NCBI GenBank assembly: GCA_034530875.2
Contig: JAVRCJ020000008.1
Span: 96,001 to 160,000 of the forward strand
From: Nostoc sp. DedSLP01
Lineage (GTDB): Bacteria; Cyanobacteriota; Cyanobacteriia; Cyanobacteriales; Nostocaceae
Reading direction: 5' to 3'
Length of the DNA stretch: 64,000 bases
The notes under the pieces were generated by a model. That model worked only from the letters and a program-made list of their open reading frames with translations. It ran no database searches and was not told where the DNA came from. How positions within the stretch are numbered: position 1 is the first letter of the stretch; each line of letters starts with the position of its first letter. Shown in pieces: positions 40,741 through 50,264 of this stretch. Both the position numbers and the translations under genes were made by a program.

Positions 40741-41883
40741 TCAATTTGATAAAAATTTATTTAAAATCACTCCATCATGAGTATTTACTACCCCTAATCG
40801 ATTCCAGAGTTTTTCATAAATATTGGGTAATGGGTCTAGCAGACTTTGCCAAGCAAGATCGCAACTAATTTTTTTTACTTCTGAAAAAGGATATTTTCCT
40901 AAGAGTAATCCTGGGATAAATTGGCTTGGGGATGGATAAGGAATCTTTTCGGGTTCCGTACAAGTAAGTTCTTTCTTGAGATTGTCAGGCAATTTGTGTC
41001 CTTGCCCTAACAAAATACCTAAGTTTATAAAGTCTATACCATAGGATATTGAAGCTCCGACACTAGCCCAAAATCTGGGATTACATTCTATTACTTTAAC
41101 AGAATTACTTCTCTCATCGAATCTGATATCAAAATTAGCTACGCCGCTATAATTGGAGTAAAATACAATCTTTTGAGCTATCTCTAAGAGATTTGCATCT
41201 TGAAAAAATTCAAAAAAATAGGGTAATCTTCTGTTAATTGTCCAAGCAATTATCTTGCCATTTTCTGCAAGTATATTCAGGAGAATATCATAGCCATATA
41301 CATATTTTTGTACCAATAAAGGTAAATTATTTATTTGATTTTGATGGAATATATATTTATCTAAGTCTTCAGTTGAGTCTATTTTTGTTACTCCATATCC
41401 ATTACCTCTATTTAATGGTTTGATGATGAGAGGAAAATTTAAATTCACTGATTTCACTTGTTCTAGTGTTTCAAACAATATTGTTTCTGGAGTGGGAATA
41501 TTGTGTTGCTTTAAAAAATTAAAAAAGTACCATTTGTTGTTTAAATTATATATTTTATCTGCGCTATTTAAAGGAAAAATTGGTGAATATATGAGTTGTT
41601 CTTTAATTAAGGCAATTAAAAATGTACCTAATAAACCTGACGGTATAATAATATCAATCTTATGTTGTTTGCAGTATTGATTAATCAGCTCGGTTATTTC
41701 TTCAGTTCTTGGTGATGACTCAGAAATGAAACAAGAAATATAGTTTTTGCAAAATTTGGACAACCTTGAGGAACCTGAAGATTTCCAAATACTGATTACA
41801 TGTGATTTAATATTAAGCAATCCCAAACATCTCAATAATGAAAGTGTAATCCCATCACTCGAGGAAACAATTAATACGTTCAC
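40741..41883 (-). CDS. ATP-grasp domain protein
   Basis: NNKWYF..IPTPET, PLIIKP..GNGYGV, LVQKYV, IECNPRFW. Confidence 0.88.
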   Translation of the reverse strand: MNVLIVSSSDGITLSLLRCLGLLNIKSHVISIWKSSGSSRLSKFCKNYISCFISESSPRTEEITELINQYCKQHKIDIIIPSGLLGTFLIALIKEQLIYSPIFPLNSADKIYNLNNKWYFFNFLKQHNIPTPETILFETLEQVKSVNLNFPLIIKPLNRGNGYGVTKIDSTEDLDKYIFHQNQINNLPLLVQKYVYGYDILLNILAENGKIIAWTINRRLPYFFEFFQDANLLEIAQKIVFYSNYSGVANFDIRFDERSNSVKVIECNPRFWASVGASISYGIDFINLGILLGQGHKLPDNLKKELTCTEPEKIPYPSPSQFIPGLLLGKYPFSEVKKISCDLAWQSLLDPLPNIYEKLWNRLGVVNTHDGVILNKFLSN

Positions 41884-41926
41884 TTCAACCTCAAAAAAAT
41901 ATAGTTTTAAAGAATTGTTAAACTGA

Positions 41927-42154
41927 ATCGAGTTTAAATAGGGAAGCGAATCGAAAGCTCAATTATTTGCTTCTAACCAAGCTTGGAACATCAGCACGTC
42001 ACATCGAGTTTAAATAGGGAAGCGAATCGAAAGCTCAATTATTTACTTCTAACCAAGCTTGCAATATCAGCAGGTCTCATCAAGTTTGAATAGGGAAGCG
42101 AATCGAAAGCTCAAGTATTTGCTTCTAACCAAGCTTGGAACATCAGCACATCCC
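41927..42154. repeat. Three tandem 76-bp copies spanning the asnB stop codon
   Basis: Units start at 41927, 42003 and 42079 (ATCGAGTTTAAATAGGGAAGCGAATCGAAAGCTCAA...CAAGCTTGGAACATCAGCAC). Confidence 0.95.
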
Positions 42155-44060
42155 AAAGACGGTACTCACAACTTGCAGCACCACAAAGATGTTCTTCCCA
42201 CTTCTGTCGAATGGGTTTGGGATTGAAAAAACCTTCGTTTTTCAAGCGGGTTTCATTTAGCAGTTCCTCAGCCCAATCTCGTAAAGGGCCGCGTAACCAA
42301 TTATCAATGGGAACTCCAAAACCTACTTTCGGACGCTCGATTAAACTTGGAGGTACATACTTATATAAAACTTGGCGTAACAGCCATTTCCCTTGTCCAT
42401 TACGGATTTTCATCGACAATGGTAAGCGCCAAGCAAATTCAACTAGCCGATGATCTAAGAAAGGTATACGTCCTTCTAAGCTTACCCCCATACTGGCTCG
42501 ATCTACTTTGACGAGAATATCGTCTGGTAGATAAGTCACGGTGTCGAGGTACATCATGCACTGGGTAAAGTCAGGTATATGTACCCAATTTTGGGAATCG
42601 CTTAAGGTTGTTGGTGGCTCTAAACTATCTATAACTAACGCTGTAGGATCTTCCCAGTGAGAAACTAACTTTGTATATATTGCTTTGGGATTGGGAAGTG
42701 CCATAATTTCGGAAAAGGTGTGTAATTTATTTCCGAATTGAGGTTGTTTGATGTTGGTTGGTAGGAAGGCATTAACATTAGCAAAACTGCGATTCCAACT
42801 TTGAGCCGATACGCTAGTCAAGGCGCGTGCAGAATTCTGACGCAGGGTTGTTGGTATCCAACCAATTGCTTGCCAAATTTTCCGACCCAATAAATAACGG
42901 TTATATCCGGCAAACAGTTCGTCTCCCCCATCCCCAGATAAACTAACAGTTACCTGTTGTTTGGCTAACTGCGACACCAAAAAGGTAGGAATTTGAGAGA
43001 CATCTGAAAAAGGTTCATCATAAAGAGTTGGTAGCTTGGGAATAACTTCTAGTGCCTGTTTGGGGTTGACATATAGTTCGGTGTGATGCGTACCTAAGTG
43101 TTGGGCGACGGCTTTGGCGTGTTTTGCTTCGTTGTAGGCTTCTTCATTAAAACCGATGGTAAAGGTTTTTACAGGTTGGCTGCTTTGTGCCTGCATTAAT
43201 GCAACTATGGTGGAAGAATCAATTCCTCCTGAGAGAAATGCACCTAATGGTACGTCTGCTACCATACGTAATGCTACTGCTTCTTTTAATAGAGCCTCTA
43301 GTTGGATGATAGCCTCCGATTCTGACCCCATAAATGGTTCAGCAATGCCCAATTCTGCCACTTCCCTGGCAGACCAGTAGGGAACTGGATCTGGATGAGC
43401 ATCGACACCGTTCCAGGAAAGGAGCGTTCCTGGTGGTAATTTGTAGATTCCTTGGTAGATTGAATAGGGTGCAGGAACGTAACAATATCGCAAAAGTAGT
43501 GTTAAGGCTTCGCGGTTAATTTCAGCCTGGAAATTGGGATGGACTTTTAGAGCTTTTAACTCAGAACTAAATAGAAACGTGCTACCTTGCCAACCATAAT
43601 AGAGGGGTTTTTCACCCAAGCGATCGCGCCCCAAATGTAAAATCCGTTCTTGGCGATCCCACAAAGCAAAAGCAAACATCCCATTAAAGCGCCTAATAGC
43701 TCGATCCAATCCCCACTCACTAAAACTCGCTAGCATGATCTCAGTATCAGAATGTCCGCGAAAATGATGACCTAATTGAGTCAGCTCGCGCCGTAATTCT
43801 AAAAAGTTATAAATTTCCCCATTAAATATAAGCACATAGCGACCGTTGGCAGACATCATGGGTTGATGCCCTTCGGGAGAGAGATCGACAATGGATAAGC
43901 GCCGATGTCCTAAACCAATTCCTACCTCTACATCTGTCCAAATTCCCCCATCGTCGGGGCCTCGATGTAGTAAGGTTTTTGACATTTTTTCAGTCGTCTG
44001 ATGCAAATCATCGACACCGAATCGTTTAGATATATCCCAAAAGCCAGTAATGCCACACAT
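42111..44060 (-). CDS. asnB: Asparagine synthase-like glutamine amidotransferase (polysaccharide amidation)
   Basis: MCGI N-terminal nucleophile, HRRLSI, FNGEIYN, FLSGGIDSS, SGDGGDELFAGY. Confidence 0.95.
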   Translation of the reverse strand: MCGITGFWDISKRFGVDDLHQTTEKMSKTLLHRGPDDGGIWTDVEVGIGLGHRRLSIVDLSPEGHQPMMSANGRYVLIFNGEIYNFLELRRELTQLGHHFRGHSDTEIMLASFSEWGLDRAIRRFNGMFAFALWDRQERILHLGRDRLGEKPLYYGWQGSTFLFSSELKALKVHPNFQAEINREALTLLLRYCYVPAPYSIYQGIYKLPPGTLLSWNGVDAHPDPVPYWSAREVAELGIAEPFMGSESEAIIQLEALLKEAVALRMVADVPLGAFLSGGIDSSTIVALMQAQSSQPVKTFTIGFNEEAYNEAKHAKAVAQHLGTHHTELYVNPKQALEVIPKLPTLYDEPFSDVSQIPTFLVSQLAKQQVTVSLSGDGGDELFAGYNRYLLGRKIWQAIGWIPTTLRQNSARALTSVSAQSWNRSFANVNAFLPTNIKQPQFGNKLHTFSEIMALPNPKAIYTKLVSHWEDPTALVIDSLEPPTTLSDSQNWVHIPDFTQCMMYLDTVTYLPDDILVKVDRASMGVSLEGRIPFLDHRLVEFAWRLPLSMKIRNGQGKWLLRQVLYKYVPPSLIERPKVGFGVPIDNWLRGPLRDWAEELLNETRLKNEGFFNPKPIRQKWEEHLCGAASCEYRLWDVLMFQAWLEANT

Positions 44061-44276
44061 GGGTATTAAACCTTTATGTTTAATTATTTAAATTCTCGAA
44101 ATAAGAAGTTTTTTCTAATTAATATATTTACATGTATGGGATAATCCACAATCAAGTAATTAGGAATAAACTTACATCCATTTATGCAGATGCTTGGTGA
44201 CTAGCTAATGCTATGCTATTAGCAAGCTACACAGAATTAAATTTCGATTTCCCAATTCTAACTTCTCAAGTCTTAT

Positions 44277-45410
44277 TCAATTAGACAAGATTTTTTCATA
44301 GACTAATTCATATTTAGCGACAACAGAATTCAAAGAAAAATCTTCAATAATTCTACCTCGCGCTGCTTTGCCTAAAATGTTTCTACCTTCGTTGCCTAAA
44401 GCAATTAATTCTTTCCAAGCAGCGGCTAGCATCTTGGGGTTTCGTGGTGGGACTACTTTTCCTGTGTTACCTACAATCCAAGCTGAATCGCCAACATCTG
44501 TGACTACGCAGGGAATGCCGCAAGACATTGCTTCTCCAACAACTAAAGGAAATGCTTCACCATAAGCGGAGGCAGAAGTAAAAATATCAAGACTGGCGAT
44601 GAGACGAGGAATATCTTTTCGCTCTCCTAAAAGAGATATGCGATCGCCGATACCTAATTCTTTAATTTGTTGACTTAAGGTAGGATTATCTCTATCGACT
44701 CCCTGACCGATCGCCACGAAGTTGATATTAGGATACTCTTTTAATAAAAGTGCAGCGGCTTGCATAAAATTTGCATGATCCTTCATCGGGTGATAACGAC
44801 ATATCAACCCAATGAGCAGAGATTCCTCAGGCAAATTTAACTCTGAGCGAACATCAATTCGCTCTGTCAATGAAGGGGAAAACAAGAAGGTATCAAAACC
44901 ATTAGGAATTATACTGCTATTGTGGCTCGAATATCCTAAAGCTTCATGCTGCAACTTACTGTTTTGAGAAACAAATAATACTTGTTTAGGAATGTGAGAG
45001 ATATAAGCGCCAAATTTAATAATAGCGACGGTCATTTTTTTATCTGATTTTAGAGAATCAATTGAATAATGAATACTCCAAAAAACAGGAATTTTTAGAC
45101 CGTTAAAAAAGCTGGCAAAGAGTGCGGCTAAATTGCCATGATACATCCAGCCTTGAATTGCATCTGGTTGAAGTTGAGAAACAAGACGAAGTAAGCGCCA
45201 AATGTGGACTGGCGTGGGAATGCCTCGATGCATACCAATAGTGTGAACTGGAATGCCTAATGCCTCAATGCGATCGCCCAAGGTACCGCGATCCATTAAA
45301 GAAACTACAATTGGCTCAAACCGCTTTCTATTTATCTGAGAAAGCAGTTTGTAGAGCATCATTTCTGCACCGCCAGTAGGTAATCCAGTAATAATATAAA
45401 GAATTTTCAT
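44277..45410 (-). CDS. Glycosyltransferase family 4 (WbnK-like)
   Basis: GGAEMML, QGWMYH, RYHPMKDH, EAFPLVVGEAM, TDVGDS. Confidence 0.92.
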   Translation of the reverse strand: MKILYIITGLPTGGAEMMLYKLLSQINRKRFEPIVVSLMDRGTLGDRIEALGIPVHTIGMHRGIPTPVHIWRLLRLVSQLQPDAIQGWMYHGNLAALFASFFNGLKIPVFWSIHYSIDSLKSDKKMTVAIIKFGAYISHIPKQVLFVSQNSKLQHEALGYSSHNSSIIPNGFDTFLFSPSLTERIDVRSELNLPEESLLIGLICRYHPMKDHANFMQAAALLLKEYPNINFVAIGQGVDRDNPTLSQQIKELGIGDRISLLGERKDIPRLIASLDIFTSASAYGEAFPLVVGEAMSCGIPCVVTDVGDSAWIVGNTGKVVPPRNPKMLAAAWKELIALGNEGRNILGKAARGRIIEDFSLNSVVAKYELVYEKILSN

Positions 45411-46648
45411 AATTGATAATTAAGTCTTTGATTGCTCTGATTCATAGTAGCCATTAGCGAAAATGTCATTAAGTGAAAGCGTTGCTCTACAATGTTATGA
45501 CTGAAGAAACCCCAAATCAGATAAAAACTCACAAATCCCCAAATAATATATTTATTTTTTGCCTTATAGGAACAAGTTACTGCATAAATTAATAACGGAT
45601 AAATCAAAGCACCTATAATTCCATGATCGGTCATAAAATATAAGTACATATTGTGTGTAGATATATCATGTGTAGATAATCCTCCAACACTTAAACCGCG
45701 AGTCGAACCGATGCCATTACCAATGAACGGATGTTCGCTAAACATTTGCCAAGCAATTTTTACAACCTCGATTCGAGCCAAAGCAGCATCGTCATCAGTA
45801 GTAGAAGGAGAACCAAATTCTTGCAATCTTCCCAGAACATTATCATTTATCAAGCCCATATCTTGCAGACTATCTAAATCGAATAAATTTCCCGTTATTC
45901 CTCCCACAAAAGCAATCATTATTCCTAATCCCACAAGCCACAAAAATAATTGGCGGCGAGGAGTCACATTCGCATTAGTCAAGATAATCATTACTACGAT
46001 CCAACCAATTAGGGAACCGCGCGAAAATGTGAGAAAAACACCAACGCCGATTATTAAAGCGAAAGGAATTCGATATTTTGGTTGTAATAAATCTACGCCA
46101 AAAATTAAACTCAGAACCAAGGCACAACCAGATGTATTAGGATTTATATAAAACCCTGCTGCACGTCCTGTTTCATTGACTGCACTAAATGTTAAAGGAT
46201 TAAAAAACTCATATATATTAACGATTGTACTTAATAAACCAACAAGAATAATTGCATATCTTGTAAAAATTTGAATTAAATAATATTTAGAAAGAATGAG
46301 CGATATTAGCACTAAAAAAATTATAGATAATATTCTGGTTCTGAGTTCTTGGAATGCTTCCGGAGTTGATGAAAATAGCCAAAAATAAAATAATGAAATT
46401 ACAAAATACCCAAAACACCATATCAGTAAGCTTTTTGGTAAAAACTTTTCTCTGGAAGGAAACAAAAAAATGATTGGTGTCGAAGCTACAATCAGAAGGA
46501 TAATCCAATGTAAAGGTTCTAAAGACAGGATTCCGGCAGTTTGCCAATAAACATCAAGATTGGTAAAAAAAATTAAGACAGCTACTACAGCTAACCCACA
46601 TTGATAATAAGTTAGGAAATTAGTTTTTTTGTGGATATCTATAATCAT
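45407..46648 (-). CDS. O-antigen ligase / Wzy polymerase family membrane protein
   Basis: ~10-12 TM segments, RAAGFYINPN, TFSRG, PFIGNGIG, THNMYL. Confidence 0.88.
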   Translation of the reverse strand: MIIDIHKKTNFLTYYQCGLAVVAVLIFFTNLDVYWQTAGILSLEPLHWIILLIVASTPIIFLFPSREKFLPKSLLIWCFGYFVISLFYFWLFSSTPEAFQELRTRILSIIFLVLISLILSKYYLIQIFTRYAIILVGLLSTIVNIYEFFNPLTFSAVNETGRAAGFYINPNTSGCALVLSLIFGVDLLQPKYRIPFALIIGVGVFLTFSRGSLIGWIVVMIILTNANVTPRRQLFLWLVGLGIMIAFVGGITGNLFDLDSLQDMGLINDNVLGRLQEFGSPSTTDDDAALARIEVVKIAWQMFSEHPFIGNGIGSTRGLSVGGLSTHDISTHNMYLYFMTDHGIIGALIYPLLIYAVTCSYKAKNKYIIWGFVSFYLIWGFFSHNIVEQRFHLMTFSLMATMNQSNQRLNYQL

Positions 46649-47781
46649 GAGAGACTTTTAGATAAAAGAGCATTTTGGGTTTTTAAACTCAGATTTAATA
46701 CTGAAAAATCAGAGATTACCCGCTGTCGAATATGCTTGGAAGAGTAATCTTTACTGCTAATAAAATTGATTAAACTTGCAATTCCAGTTTTCAACGCCTC
46801 TGGATTACTCGGTGGTACAACCACGCCGCCTGTATCGCCGATAATCCAAGCCGAATCACCGACATCGGTGACAACAGACGGTACTCCACAAGCCATCGCC
46901 TCTCCAATGACATTAGAAAATCCTTCTCCATAGCTAGAAGACGAACAAGTGATATCCAAGGCATTGTAAATCGCAGACATATCAGCCCGCCCTCCAGCCC
47001 AAATCACTTTTTCGCTAATTCCTAGTTCGTTGGTTAATTGATAGAGTTCTTGTGCATAGTTCTCCGATCCCGTACCGACACAAACAAAACGAACATCTTC
47101 TCGTTCTTGACACAACAATGCTGCTGCTTTGAGAAAGGTCGGATGATCCTTCATCGGATCTAAGCGCCCTATTAAACCAATCAAAATCGTATCTTTGGGA
47201 ATTTTCCATTCTGTTCGCACCTGTAAACCAGTTGCGAGATTGGGCTGAAAACGTTCAGTATCAATGCCATTGGGAATAACTACCATTTTGTTGGCAGGAA
47301 ATCCATGAGACAGATGATAAGCATGGCCGGCATGGGAATTGACAATAATTAGATCTACAAAACGAGAAAGCAAACATTCAAGCTCAAAGATTAAACGGTC
47401 TAACCAATCATAGCTATCAAGGCTGATATTAGAATCACGAATTCCCCAAATGATAAAAGTTGAAGGTAAAAAAGGTTTTAAGAAGAGAGTGAGTAAATTA
47501 GATTCGCTGAGATATCCGTGTAAATAGTCAGGTTGTATTCGTTTTAAATGTGCAAAAAGTCGCCATATAAAGCCAAATATATCCCAACGTTCTCGTTTTT
47601 CTAAACAGATGGTTTGGATACGATTATCTTCTAAATCTTTCTGTAAAAAACCGTCTGCATAGAAGAAAATTACAGTGATGTCAAATTTGTCTTTATCGAG
47701 ATTTTTGACGAGGGTAATTAATTGTCTTTGAGCGCCGCCATAGCCCAGATCGCGAATGAGAAATACAATTTTCTTTTTCAT
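46645..47781 (-). CDS. Glycosyltransferase family 4 (WbnK-like)
   Basis: GGAQRQL, RLDPMKDH, EGFSNVIGEAM, TDVGDS; paralog of 44277-45410. Confidence 0.92.
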   Translation of the reverse strand: MKKKIVFLIRDLGYGGAQRQLITLVKNLDKDKFDITVIFFYADGFLQKDLEDNRIQTICLEKRERWDIFGFIWRLFAHLKRIQPDYLHGYLSESNLLTLFLKPFLPSTFIIWGIRDSNISLDSYDWLDRLIFELECLLSRFVDLIIVNSHAGHAYHLSHGFPANKMVVIPNGIDTERFQPNLATGLQVRTEWKIPKDTILIGLIGRLDPMKDHPTFLKAAALLCQEREDVRFVCVGTGSENYAQELYQLTNELGISEKVIWAGGRADMSAIYNALDITCSSSSYGEGFSNVIGEAMACGVPSVVTDVGDSAWIIGDTGGVVVPPSNPEALKTGIASLINFISSKDYSSKHIRQRVISDFSVLNLSLKTQNALLSKSLS

Positions 47782-47799
47782 AAATTAAATAAATTATAG

Positions 47800-49128
47800 C
47801 TAAATTTCTGAAATAGTATATCGATATTTACCAGAAGCAGCGTGGGGAATATCATTTACAAATTCAAAATTAACAACACAATCTTTACCCAGAACTGTTT
47901 GACATTTGATGACAATATCATTTAGCTCTTCTGGTTGATAGCTAAACCTAGTATCTTGAATAATTTTAATAGATATATGTGAGTAATCTTTTTGGACAAT
48001 TTGAAATTTTTTTACCCATTCTTTAAAATATAGAAGGTGAGTAAAATATTCTCCATCTATCAAAGTTCCATCTTGAGTTTTAAAAGTATCAACATTCCTA
48101 CCGGTAACATAATCTAATATTTGTCCTGAGTGATATTCATTAGATAAAGCACCGCGATCGCCAATTTTATAACGAATTAAAGGCATTGCGAAGTTTTTCA
48201 AACATGTAACCACAATATTACCTTCAACTCCTGGCGGCACTGGTTTATTGTTATCATCTACAATCTCGATATAATTACCCCAAGGAGCTACCCACAAACC
48301 TTTATAGCCAGGACGTTCGCATGCTATATTGCTAACTTCTCTGGAACCATAACGATTAAACACCTGACACTGAAACACCCTTTCAATCTGCTCTCTCATC
48401 CAGGAATATAGCGTACCAGCAGAAGTGATAATAGCGTTTTGAGGAACAATTTGTATATCTTCGCTTTCAGCAAATTTTGCCAATTCATATACAGCTTGTG
48501 CATAAGCAATAATTAACTGCGGACGCTTTCCATTTAGCGATTCAATAAATGTTCTCATGCTTTCTGGAGTCATTCTAAAAGCATTCAGATAAATTGTATT
48601 ACTCAGAAAGTTGAAAAAATTAACTTTCCATCCTTTCGTACCTTTAATAACTTCTCGCTCTGAACCCCATAAATAAGCTTCTAGTTCGCCAATTTCTCGT
48701 CCAACTAAACGAGAATAAAGTAAGGTAATCGCCTCAGATATATCGGCGTATTGTTTATCCTGGATAATCTTTATCGGTTCTCCAGTCGAGCCACCTGAGG
48801 TATTAAAATACCACTGACGTTGTACTAAATCAGTAGATTTTAATTGTTCAAAATTTTGGCGAATTATATCCTTAGTTAAAATAGGCAGTCGAGTTAGGCA
48901 TAATTCTGGCTCTTGGAGCAGCAATTCTTCTAAGCCGATCTGATTTAGATAATCCGCATAATAAGGCACATTATATTTGCAATGTAATAAAAGTTTTGTT
49001 AGTAAATTTTTAGTTGTATCTAAATTGATATTAAAAGTAGATTGTTGTTGAAATTGTTGATATAATTGACCAACTTGATAACCTCTAAAATTAGCATAAT
49101 AAAAATAAATAAATTTCCTAAAATTCAT
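47800..49128 (-). CDS. CapK / phenylacetate-CoA ligase-like adenylating enzyme
   Basis: TSGGSTGEP, YGSRE, PLIRYKIGD, GR, SGKYR. Confidence 0.9.
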   Translation of the reverse strand: MNFRKFIYFYYANFRGYQVGQLYQQFQQQSTFNINLDTTKNLLTKLLLHCKYNVPYYADYLNQIGLEELLLQEPELCLTRLPILTKDIIRQNFEQLKSTDLVQRQWYFNTSGGSTGEPIKIIQDKQYADISEAITLLYSRLVGREIGELEAYLWGSEREVIKGTKGWKVNFFNFLSNTIYLNAFRMTPESMRTFIESLNGKRPQLIIAYAQAVYELAKFAESEDIQIVPQNAIITSAGTLYSWMREQIERVFQCQVFNRYGSREVSNIACERPGYKGLWVAPWGNYIEIVDDNNKPVPPGVEGNIVVTCLKNFAMPLIRYKIGDRGALSNEYHSGQILDYVTGRNVDTFKTQDGTLIDGEYFTHLLYFKEWVKKFQIVQKDYSHISIKIIQDTRFSYQPEELNDIVIKCQTVLGKDCVVNFEFVNDIPHAASGKYRYTISEI

Positions 49129-50237
49129 TATTTCACAACCTCTTTAACAACAACTTCCCACATTTCCATAATTTTCTCGATGCTAAAACGTTCAGTAATA
49201 TCTGATGCATAGGTTGCTAGCCTTTGTCGCTTTTGTTGGTCAGACATTAGAAGTTTCATCGCTACAGCTAATGCTGAAACATCCTCATTAGGTACTAATA
49301 AACCATCTATGCCATCGCGAATAATTTCTCTAGGCCCATTGGGACAGTCTGTAGAAATAACTGGTAGCCCAGAAGCCATTGCTTCACATAGTGCGTTGGG
49401 AAAGCCTTCAAACCGTGAGGACATCACGTAAATATCAGCTTCTTGGAGAATTTCATAAATATTCTTTACTCTTCCCGGAAAATCAACGCGGTCATTAAGC
49501 CCTAAACGCTCGGACAACTCTTTCAAATCTAAACGTAAAACTCCTTCTCCCAAGATAATTAACTGCCATTCGGGAAAATCATCTTTCAAATTAGCGAAAG
49601 CTTGTAGTAACAAATCAAAACCTTTTTGTTTTTCCAGTCGTCCTACAGCAATCAATAATCTTTGCCCAGGTAATTTATGAGATAATTCTTTGGATTTTGA
49701 TAATTTCGTAGGTGGTGATAATACTGGATTAGGAATCACATAAATGCGGGTTTGTAAACTGGATGGAAAATAATTGAATGCCCTTTGAGTTTGAACAATA
49801 ATTCGTTTTGCAAATGGATAAGTCCATTGACGAAGTTTCGCCCAAATCGAGCTTTTGCCAAGAGCAATTTCTGGGTTATTACGCTCCGAAACTAAAACTG
49901 GCACATTTAAACCTCTAGTTGCTAGCAGGGTGATTACATTTGCCTCACTCATAAAGCTAATCACAATCTCTGGATTGCTAGCAGAAATAGCAAGTCGTAG
50001 TTTATAAATCCGGTACAAGTTATTTTTGATTGCTGCTATGAAATTAGAAGAATCTTTGTCTATATATAAAGGAACATAATTAATCCTCGAATCTAGATGA
50101 TAAAACGGAGGCTGATGTCCAAAAAAAGTCAACAAAGTAATTTGCCATCCTTTAGCAGCCCAGTAATTGGATACGATCGATAAAACTCGTTCGGCACCAC
50201 CTGAATAAAGTGAAGGTATGATAAGTGTTACTCGCAT
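49128..50237 (-). CDS. Glycosyltransferase family 4 (AmsD/PglH-like)
   Basis: GGAERV, GRLEKQKGFD, SRFEGFPNALCEAM, DCPNGP. Confidence 0.92.
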   Translation of the reverse strand: MRVTLIIPSLYSGGAERVLSIVSNYWAAKGWQITLLTFFGHQPPFYHLDSRINYVPLYIDKDSSNFIAAIKNNLYRIYKLRLAISASNPEIVISFMSEANVITLLATRGLNVPVLVSERNNPEIALGKSSIWAKLRQWTYPFAKRIIVQTQRAFNYFPSSLQTRIYVIPNPVLSPPTKLSKSKELSHKLPGQRLLIAVGRLEKQKGFDLLLQAFANLKDDFPEWQLIILGEGVLRLDLKELSERLGLNDRVDFPGRVKNIYEILQEADIYVMSSRFEGFPNALCEAMASGLPVISTDCPNGPREIIRDGIDGLLVPNEDVSALAVAMKLLMSDQQKRQRLATYASDITERFSIEKIMEMWEVVVKEVVK

Positions 50238-50264
50238 TTTGTTTACTAATGGGTAGGCTATTCG

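Noticed and set aside
41927..42154. 76-bp periodicity resembling a CRISPR array
   Set aside because: The whole unit repeats with no unique spacers, it overlaps the asnB coding end, and no cas genes are present
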